The notes beneath the pieces are model-generated. The model made no database searches, was not told where the DNA came from, and saw only the letters and a list, made by a program, of their open reading frames with translations. Positions 1 through 10,313 of a DNA stretch of 64,000 nucleotides are shown here, one piece after another (position 1 is the first letter of the stretch; each line of letters begins with the position of its first letter). Source of the stretch: Eledone cirrhosa (taxonomy: Eukaryota); the NCBI GenBank assembly GCA_964016885.1, contig OZ024741.1:243784001-243848000 (forward strand), written 5' to 3'. Made by a program: the position numbers and the translations under genes.

Positions 1-511
1 GGCGGCAGGCCCACATTCGAAAAGGTTACTCCGCCTGCAAATCGTCATTTTCGGATTCGTTTTCTTCGAAGCACACCATTCGCCGGCGGACTTCAGCTGC
101 CTCATTTAGCATGGGCAGCTTTTCTTGAAAATCACACCTCACACAGCAAATGTGTCTCTACACATGTACTAGTAATTACAGATCGATCCGACCACGGGCA
201 ACCGGCCCACGATCGAAAAGGTAACTCCGGCGGCAAATTCGCATTTTTGTGATTCGTTTCTTCGAAGCACACCATTCGCCGCCGGACTTCAGCTTCCTCA
301 TTTAGCATGGGCAGCTTTTCTTGAAAATCACACCACACACAGCAAATGTGTGTCTACACAGGTACCAGTAATTACAGATCGATCCGACCACGGACGGCTG
401 GCCCAGGATCGAAAAGGTAACTCCGCCGGCAAATTCGCATTTTTGTGATTCGTTTCTTCGAAGCACACCATTCGCCGCCGGACTTCAGCTTCCTCATTTA
501 GCATGGGCAGC

Positions 512-707
512 TTTTCTTGAAAATCACACCACACACAGCAAATGTGTGTCTGCACATGTACCAGTACGTACAGATCGATCCGACCACGGGCGGCAGGCCC
601 ACATTCGAAAAGGTTACTCCGCCTGCAAATCGTCATTTTCGGATTCGTTTTCTTCGAAGCACACCATTCGCCGGCGGACTTCAGCTGCCTCATTTAGCAT
701 GGGCAGC
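512..707. repeat. Divergent marker monomer type D (29 complete copies plus a partial one at 1-119)
   Basis: Linked diagnostic changes GTACGTAC, GGCAGGCCCACATTCG, GGTTAC, GCCTGCAAATCGTCATTTTCGGATTCGTTTT, CGCCGGCGG, CAGCTGCC. Copies are marked by the + strand 107/131-aa pseudo-ORFs at 517, 2085, 5026 ... 63044. Confidence 0.95.
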
Positions 708-1883
708 TTTTCTTGAAAATCACACCTCACACAGCAAATGTGTCTCTGCACATGTACTAGTAATTACAGATCGATCCGACCACGGGCAACCGGCCCACGA
801 TCGAAAAGGTAACTCCGGCGGCAAATTCGCATTTTTGTGATTCGTTTCTTCGAAGCACACCATTCGCCGCCGGACTTCAGCTTCCTCATTTAGCATGGGC
901 AGCTTTTCTTGAAAATCACACCACACTCAGCAAATGTGTGTCTGCACATGTACCAGTAATTACAGATCGATCCGACCACGGGCGGCCTGCCCACGATCGA
1001 AAAGGTAACTCCGCCGGCAAATTCGCATTTTTGTGATTCGTTTCTTCGAAGCACACCATTCGCTGGTGGACTTCAGCTTCCTCATTTAGCATGGGCAGCT
1101 TTTCTTGAAAATCACACCACTCACAGACTATGAGTGTCTGCACATGTACCACTAATTACAGATCGATACGACCACGGGCGGCCTGCCCACGATCGAAAAG
1201 GTAACTCCGCCGGCAAATCCGCATTTTTGTGATTCGTTTCTTCGAAGCACACCATTCGCCGCCGGACTTCAGCTTCCTCATTTAGCATGGGCAGCTTTTC
1301 TTAAAAATCACACCACACTCAGCAAATGTGTGTCTGCACATGTACCAGTAATTACAGATCGATCCGACCACGGGCGGCCTGCCCACGATCGAAAAGGTAA
1401 CTCCGCCGGCAAATTCGCATTTTTGTGATTCGTTTCTTCGAAGCACACCATTCGCTGGTGGACTTCAGCTTCCTCATTTAACATGGGCAGCTTTTCTTGA
1501 AAATCACACCACACTTAGCAAATGTGTGTCTGCACATGTACCAGTAATTACAGATCGATCCGCCCACGGGCGGCCGGCCCAGGATCGAAAATGTAACTCC
1601 GCCGGCAAATTCGCATTTTTGTGATTCATTTCTTCGAAGCACACCATTCGCTGGTGGACTTCAGCTTCCTCATTTAGCATGGGCAGCTTTTCTTGAAAAT
1701 CACACCACACACAGCAAATGTGTGTCTACACAGGTACCAGTAATTACAGATCGATCCGACCACGGACGGCTGGCCCAGGATCGAAAAGGTAACTCCGGCG
1801 GCAAATTCGCATTTTTGTGATTCGTTTCTTCGAAGCACACCATTAGCCGCCGGACTTCAGCTTCCTCATTTAGCATGGGCAGC

Positions 1884-2079
1884 TTTTCTTGAAAATCACA
1901 CCACACACAGCCAATGAGTGTCTGCACATGTACCAGTAATTACAGATCGATCCGACCACGGGCGGCCGGCCCACGATCGAAAAGGTAACTCCGCCGGCAA
2001 ATTCGCATTTTTGTGATTCGTTTCTTCGAAGCACACCATTAGCCGCCGGACTTCAGCTTCCTCATTTAGCATGGGCAGC
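1884..2079. repeat. Representative 196-bp monomer (type W, close to consensus); phase arbitrarily set at TTTTCTTGAAAA
   Basis: Counted 196 nt between successive TTTTCTTGAAAATCACACC motifs. Confidence 0.95.
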
Positions 2080-5000
2080 TTTTCTTGAAAATCACACCAC
2101 ACACAGCAAATGTGTGTCTGCACATGTACCAGTACGTACAGATCGATCCGACCACGGGCGGCAGGCCCACATTCGAAAAGGTTACTCCGCCTGCAAATCG
2201 TCATTTTCGGATTCGTTTTCTTCGAAGCACACCATTCGCCGGCGGACTTCAGCTGCCTCATTTAGCATGGGCAGCTTTTCTTGAAAATCACACCTCACAC
2301 AGCAAATGTGTCTCTGCACATGTACTAGTAATTACAGATCGATCCGACCACGGGCAACCGGCCCACGATCGAAAAGGTAACTCCGGCGGCAAATTCGCAT
2401 TTTTGTGATTCGTTTCTTCGAAGCACACCATTCGCCGCCGGACTTCAGCTTCCTCATTTAGCATGGGCAGCTTTTCTTGAAAATCACACCACACTCAGCA
2501 AATGTGTGGCTGCACATGTACCAGTAATTACAGATCGATCCGACCACGGGCGGCCTGCCCACGATCGAAAAGGTAACTCCGCCGGCAAATTCGCATTTTT
2601 GTGATTCGTTTCTTCGAAGCACACCATTCGCTGGTGGACTTCAGCTTCCTCATTTAGCATGGGCAGCTTTTCTTGAAAATCACACCACTCACAGACTATG
2701 AGTGTCTGCACATGTACCACTAATTACAGATCGATACGACCACGGGCGGCCTGCCCACGATCGAAAAGGTAACTCCGCCGGCAAATCCGCATTTTTGTGA
2801 TTCGTTTCTTCGAAGCACACCATTCGCCGCCGGACTTCAGCTTCCTCATTTAGCATGGGCAGCTTTTCTTAAAAATCACACCACACTCAGCAAATGTGTG
2901 TCTGCACATGTAGCAGTAATTACAGATCGATCCGCCCACGGGCGGCCGGCCCACGATCGAAAAAGGTAACTCCGCCGGCAAATTCGCATTTTTGTGATTC
3001 GTTTCTTCGAAGCACACCATTCGCTGGTGGACTTCAGCTTCCTCATTTAGCATGGGCAGCTTTTCTTGAAAATCACACCACTCACAGACTATGAGTGTCT
3101 GCACATGTACCACTAATTACAGATCGATACGACCACGGGCGGCCTGCCCACGATCGAAAAGGTAACTCCGCCGGCAAATCCGCATTTTTGTGATTCGTTT
3201 CTTCGAAGCACACCATTCGCCGCCGGACTTCAGCTTCCTCATTTAGCATGGGCAGCTTTTCTTAAAAATCACACCACACTCAGCAAATGTGTGTCTGCAC
3301 ATGTGCCAGTAATTACAGATCGATCCAACCACGGGCGGCCTGCCCACGATCGAAAAGGTAACTCCGCCGGCAAATTCGCATTTTTGTGATTCGTTTCTTC
3401 GAAGCACACCATTCGCTGGTGGACTTCAGCTTCCTCATTTAACATGGGCAGCTTTTCTTGAAAATCACACCACACTTAGCAAATGTGTGTCTGCACATGT
3501 ACCAGTAATTACAGATCGATCCGCCCACGGGCGGCCGGCCCACGATCGAAAATGTAACTCCGCCGGCAAATTCGCATTTTTGTGATTCGTTTCTTCGAAG
3601 CACACCATTCGCTGGTGGACTTCAGCTTCCTCATTTAGCATGGGCAGCTTTTCTTGAAAATCACACCACTCACAGACTATGAGTGTCTGCACATGTACCA
3701 CTAATTACAGATCGATACGACCACGGGCGGCCTGCCCACGATCGAAAAGGTAACTCCGCCGGCAAATCCGCATTTTTGTGATTCGTTTCTTCGAAGCACA
3801 CCATTCGCCGCCGGACTTCAGCTTCCTCATTTAGCATGGGCAGCTTTTCTTAAAAATCACACCACACTCAGCAACTGTGTGTCTGCACATGTGCCAGTAA
3901 TTACAGATCGATCCAACCACGGGCGGCCTGCCCACGATCGAAAAGGTAACTCCGCCGGCAAATTCGCATTTTTGTGATTCGTTTCTTCGAAGCACACCAT
4001 TCGCTGGTGGACTTCAGCTTCCTCATTTAACATGGGCAGCTTTTCTTGAAAATCACACCACACTTAGCAAATGTGTGTCTGCACATGTACCAGTAATTAC
4101 AGATCGATCCGCCCACGGGCGGCCGGCCCACGATCGAAAATGTAACTCCGCCGGCAAATTCGCATTTTTGTGATTCATTTCTTCGAAGCACACCATTCGC
4201 TGGTGGACTTCAGCTTCCTCATTTAGCATGGGCAGCTTTTCTTGAAAATCACACCACACACAGCAAATGTGTGTCTACACAGGTACCAGTAATTACAGAT
4301 CGATCCGACCACGGACGGCTGGCCCAGGATCGAAAAGGTAACTCCGGCGGCAAATTCGCATTTTTGTGATTCGTTTCTTCGAAGCACACCATTCGCTGGT
4401 GGACTTCAGCTTCCTCATTTAGCATGGGCAGCTTTTCTTAAAAATCACACCACACTCAGCAAATGTGTGTCTGCACATGTACCAGTAATTACAGATCGAT
4501 CCGACCACGGGCGGCCTGCCCACGATCGAAAAGGTAACTCCGCCGGCAAATTCGCATTTTTGTGATTCGTTTCTTCGAAGCACACCATTCGCTGGTGGAC
4601 TTCAGCTTCCTCATTTAACATGGGCAGCTTTTCTTGAAAATCACACCACACTTAGCAAATGTGTGTCTGCACATGTACCAGTAATTACAGATCGATCCGC
4701 CCACGGGCGGCCGGCCCAGGATCGAAAATGTAACTCCGCCGGCAAATTCGCATTTTTGTGATTCATTTCTTCGAAGCACACCATTCGCTGGTGGACTTCA
4801 GCTTCCTCATTTAGCATGGGCAGCTTTTCTTGAAAATCACACCACACACAGCAAATGTGTGTCTACACAGGTACCAGTAATTACAGATCGATCCGACCAC
4901 GGACGGCTGGCCCAGGATCGAAAAGGTAACTCCGGCGGCAAATTCGCATTTTTGTGATTCGTTTCTTCGAAGCACACCATTAGCCGCCGGACTTCAGCTT

Positions 5001-8000
5001 CCTCATTTAGCATGGGCAGCTTTTCTTGAAAATCACACCACACACAGCAAATGTGTGTCTGCACATGTACCAGTACGTACAGATCGATCCGACCACGGGC
5101 GGCAGGCCCACATTCGAAAAGGTTACTCCGCCTGCAAATCGTCATTTTCGGATTCGTTTTCTTCGAAGCACACCATTCGCCGGCGGACTTCAGCTGCCTC
5201 ATTTAGCATGGGCAGCTTTTCTTGAAAATCACACCTCACACAGCAAATGTGTCTCTGCACATGTACTAGTAATTACAGATCGATCCGACCACGGGCAACC
5301 GGCCCACGATCGAAAAGGTAACTCCGGCGGCAAATTCGCATTTTTGTGATTCGTTTCTTCGAAGCACACCATTCGCCGCCGGACTTCAGCTTCCTCATTT
5401 AGCATGGGCAGCTTTTCTTGAAAATCACACCACACTCAGCAAATGTGTGTCTGCACATGTACCAGTAATTACAGATCGATCCGCCCACGGGCGGCCGGCC
5501 CACGATCGAAAATGTAACTCCGCCGGCAAATTCGCATTTTTGTGATTCATTTCTTCGAAGCACACCATTCGCTGGTGGACTTCAGCTTCCTCATTTAGCA
5601 TGGGCAGCTTTTCTTGAAAATCACACCACACACAGCAAATGTGTGTCTACACAGGTACCAGTAATTACAGATCGATCCGACCACGGACGGCTGGCCCAGG
5701 ATCGAAAAGGTAACTCCGCCGGCAAATTCGCATTTTTGTGATTCGTTTCTTCGAAGCACACCATTCGCCGCCGGACTTCAGCTTCCTCATTTAGCATGGG
5801 CAGCTTTTCTTGAAAATCACACCACACACAGCAAATGTGTGTCTGCACATGTACCAGTACGTACAGATCGATCCGACCACGGGCGGCAGGCCCACATTCG
5901 AAAAGGTTACTCCGCCTGCAAATCGTCATTTTCGGATTCGTTTTCTTCGAAGCACACCATTCGCCGGCGGACTTCAGCTGCCTCATTTAGCATGGGCAGC
6001 TTTTCTTGAAAATCACACCTCACACAGCAAATGTGTCTCTGCACATGTACTAGTAATTACAGATCGATCCGACCACGGGCAACCGGCCCACGATCGAAAA
6101 GGTAACTCCGGCGGCAAATTCGCATTTTTGTGATTCGTTTCTTCGAAGCACACCATTCGCCGCCGGACTTCAGCTTCCTCATTTAGCATGGGCAGCTTTT
6201 CTTGAAAATCACACCACACTCAGCAAATGTGTGTCTGCACATGTACCAGTAATTACAGATCGATCCGACCACGGGCGGCCTGCCCACGATCGAAAAGGTA
6301 ACTCCGCCGGCAAATTCGCATTTTTGTGATTCGTTTCTTCGAAGCACACCATTCGCTGGTGGACTTCAGCTTCCTCATTTAGCATGGGCAGCTTTTCTTG
6401 AAAATCACACCACTCACAGACTATGAGTGTCTGCACATGTACCACTAATTACAGATCGATACGACCACGGGCGGCCTGCCCACGATCGAAAAGGTAACTC
6501 CGCCGGCAAATCCGCATTTTTGTGATTCGTTTCTTCGAAGCACACCATTCGCCGCCGGACTTCAGCTTCCTCATTTAGCATGGGCAGCTTTTCTTAAAAA
6601 TCACACCACACTCAGCAAATGTGTGTCTGCACATGTACCAGTAATTACAGATCGATCCGACCACGGGCGGCCTGCCCACGATCGAAAAGGTAACTCCGCC
6701 GGCAAATTCGCATTTTTGTGATTCGTTTCTTCGAAGCACACCATTCGCTGGTGGACTTCAGCTTCCTCATTTAACATGGGCAGCTTTTCTTGAAAATCAC
6801 ACCACACTTAGCAAATGTGTGTCTGCACATGTACCAGTAATTACAGATCGATCCGCCCACGGGCGGCCGGCCCAGGATCGAAAATGTAACTCCGCCGGCA
6901 AATTCGCATTTTTGTGATTCATTTCTTCGAAGCACACCATTCGCTGGTGGACTTCAGCTTCCTCATTTAGCATGGGCAGCTTTTCTTGAAAATCACACCA
7001 CACACAGCAAATGTGTGTCTACACAGGTACCAGTAATTACAGATCGATCCGACCACGGACGGCTGGCCCAGGATCGAAAAGGTAACTCCGGCGGCAAATT
7101 CGCATTTTTGTGATTCGTTTCTTCGAAGCACACCATTAGCCGCCGGACTTCAGCTTCCTCATTTAGCATGGGCAGCTTTTCTTGAAAATCACACCACACA
7201 CAGCCAATGAGTGTCTGCACATGTACCAGTAATTACAGATCGATCCGACCACGGGCGGCCGGCCCACGATCGAAAAGGTAACTCCGCCGGCAAATTCGCA
7301 TTTTTGTGATTCGTTTCTTCGAAGCACACCATTAGCCGCCGGACTTCAGCTTCCTCATTTAGCATGGGCAGCTTTTCTTGAAAATCACACCACACACAGC
7401 AAATGTGTGTCTGCACATGTACCAGTACGTACAGATCGATCCGACCACGGGCGGCAGGCCCACATTCGAAAAGGTTACTCCGCCTGCAAATCGTCATTTT
7501 CGGATTCGTTTTCTTCGAAGCACACCATTCGCCGGCGGACTTCAGCTTCCTCATTTAGCATGGGCAGCTTTTCTTGAAAATCACACCACACTCAGCAAAT
7601 GTGTGTCTGCACATGTACCAGTAATTACAGATCGATCCGCCCACGGGCGGCCGGCCCACGATCGAAAATGTAACTCCGCCGGCAAATTCGCATTTTTGTG
7701 ATTCATTTCTTCGAAGCACACCATTCGCTGGTGGACTTCAGCTTCCTCATTTAGCATGGGCAGCTTTTCTTGAAAATCACACCACACTCAGCAAATGTGT
7801 GTCTACACATGTACCAGTAATTACAGATCGATCCGACCACGGACGGCTGGCCCAGGATCGAAAAGGTAACTCCGCCGGCAAATTCGCATTTTTGTGATTC
7901 GTTTCTTCGAAGCACACCATTCGCCGCCGGACTTCAGCTTCCTCATTTAGCATGGGCAGCTTTTCTTGAAAATCACACCACACACAGCAAATGTGTGTCT

Positions 8001-10313
8001 GCACATGTACCAGTACGTACAGATCGATCCGACCACGGGCGGCAGGCCCACATTCGAAAAGGTTACTCCGCCTGCAAATCGTCATTTTCGGATTCGTTTT
8101 CTTCGAAGCACACCATTCGCCGGCGGACTTCAGCTGCCTCATTTAGCATGGGCAGCTTTTCTTGAAAATCACACCTCACACAGCAAATGTGTCTCTGCAC
8201 ATGTACTAGTAATTACAGATCGATCCGACCACGGGCAACCGGCCCACGATCGAAAAGGTAACTCCGGCGGCAAATTCGCATTTTTGTGATTCGTTTCTTC
8301 GAAGCACACCATTCGCCGCCGGACTTCAGCTTCCTCATTTAGCATGGGCAGCTTTTCTTGAAAATCACACCACACTCAGCAAATGTGTGTCTGCACATGT
8401 ACCAGTAATTACAGATCGATCCGACCACGGGCGGCCTGCCCACGATCGAAAAGGTAACTCCGCCGGCAAATTCGCATTTTTGTGATTCGTTTCTTCGAAG
8501 CACACCATTCGCTGGTGGACTTCAGCTTCCTCATTTAGCATGGGCAGCTTTTCTTGAAAATCACACCACTCACAGACTATGAGTGTCTGCACATGTACCA
8601 CTAATTACAGATCGATACGACCACGGGCGGCCTGCCCACGATCGAAAAGGTAACTCCGCCGGCAAATCCGCATTTTTGTGATTCGTTTCTTCGAAGCACA
8701 CCATTCGCCGCCGGACTTCAGCTTCCTCATTTAGCATGGGCAGCTTTTCTTAAAAATCACACCACACTCAGCAAATGTGTGTCTGCACATGTAGCAGTAA
8801 TTACAGATCGATCCGCCCACGGGCGGCCGGCCCACGATCGAAAAAGGTAACTCCGCCGGCAAATTCGCATTTTTGTGATTCGTTTCTTCGAAGCACACCA
8901 TTCGCTGGTGGACTTCAGCTTCCTCATTTAGCATGGGCAGCTTTTCTTGAAAATCACACCACTCACAGACTATGAGTCTCTGCACATGTACCACTAATTA
9001 CAGATCGATACGACCACGGGCGGCCTGCCCACGATCGAAAAGGTAACTCCGCCGGCAAATCCGCATTTTTGTGATTCGTTTCTTCGAAGCACACCATTCG
9101 CCGCCGGACTTCAGCTTCCTCATTTAGCATGGGCAGCTTTTCTTAAAAATCACACCACACTCAGCAAATGTGTGTCTGCACATGTACCAGTAATTACAGA
9201 TCGATCCGACCACGGGCGGCCTGCCCACGATCGAAAAGGTAACTCCGCCGGCAAATTCGCATTTTTGCGATTCGTTTCTTCGAAGCACACCATTCGCTGG
9301 TGGACTTCAGCTTCCTCATTTAACATGGGCAGCTTTTCTTGAAAATCACACCACACACAGCAAATGTGTGTCTACACAGGTACCAGTAATTACAGATCGA
9401 TCCGACCACGGACGGCTGGCCCAGGATCGAAAAGGTAACTCCGCCGGCAAATTCGCATTTTTGTGATTCGTTTCTTCGAAGCACACCATTCGCCGCCGGA
9501 CTTCAGCTTCCTCATTTAGCATGGGCAGCTTTTCTTGAAAATCACACCACTCACAGCAAATGTGTGTCTGCACATGTACCAGTAATTACAGATCGATCCG
9601 ACAACGGGCGGCCGGCCCACGATCGAAAAGGTAACTCCGCCGCCAAAGTCGCATTTTTGTGATTCGTTTCTTCGAAGCACACTATTCGCTGGTGGACTTC
9701 AGCTTCCTCATTTAGCATGGGCAGCTTTTCTTGAAAATCACACCACACACAGCAAATGTGTGTCTGCACATTTACCAGTAATTACAGATCGATCCGACCA
9801 CGGGCGGCCGGCCCACGATCGAAAAGGTAACTCCGCCGGCAAATTCGCATTTTTGTGATTCGTTTCTTCGAAGCACACCATTCGCCGCCGGACTTCAGCT
9901 TCCTCATTTAGCATGGGCAGCTTTTCTTGAAAATCACACCACCCACAGCAAATGTGTGTCTGCACAGGTACCAGTAATTACAGATCGATCCGACCACGAA
10001 CGGCTGGCCCACGATCGAAAAGGTAACTCCGCCGGCAAATCCTAATTTTTGTGATTCGTTTCTTCGAAGCACACCATTCGCCGCCGGACTTCAGCTGCCT
10101 CATTTAGCATGGGCAGCTTTTCTTGAAAATCACACCACTCACAGCCAATGAGTCTCTGCACAAGTACCACTAATTACAGATCGATACGACCAGGGGCGGC
10201 CTGCCCACGATCGAAAAGGTAACTCCGCCGGCAAATCCGCATTTTTGTGATTCGTTTCTTCGAAGCACACCATTCGCCGCCGGACTTCAGCTTCCTCATT
10301 TAGCAGGGGCAGC

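Larger units (their letters stand above)
512..2079. repeat. Core 8-mer higher-order repeat unit D-E-A-B-C-F-G-W (1568 bp); repeated at 5805-7372
   Basis: D-to-D spacing is 1568 at 517->2085 and 5810->7378, with the same order of monomer types. Confidence 0.88.

Noticed and set aside
1884-1895. Heat-shock or STAT-like element (TTCTTGAA; also TTCTTCGAA)
   Set aside because: Short motifs expected by chance, with only two nGAAn units and no promoter context.
2022-2050. tRNA/SINE-like Pol III A and B boxes on the minus strand (GGCGAATGG, GCTTCGAAG)
   Set aside because: Poor consensus matches only a few bp apart; no cloverleaf or 5S similarity.
2019-2070. Satellite-encoded hammerhead ribozyme on the minus strand (CTGAAGT ... 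GAAAC)
   Set aside because: The core requires CUGANGA but reads CUGAAGU, GAAA is not preceded by a stem II closing pyrimidine, and no convincing helices are present.
1884-2079. CENP-B box (TTCGnnnnAnnCGGG)
   Set aside because: Several TTCG motifs are present, but none that I checked on either strand has the A and CGGG at the required spacing.
1884-2079. 10-bp phased A/T tracts (DNA bending)
   Set aside because: Some tracts are 10-20 bp apart, but the phasing is incomplete and I cannot support it without computation.
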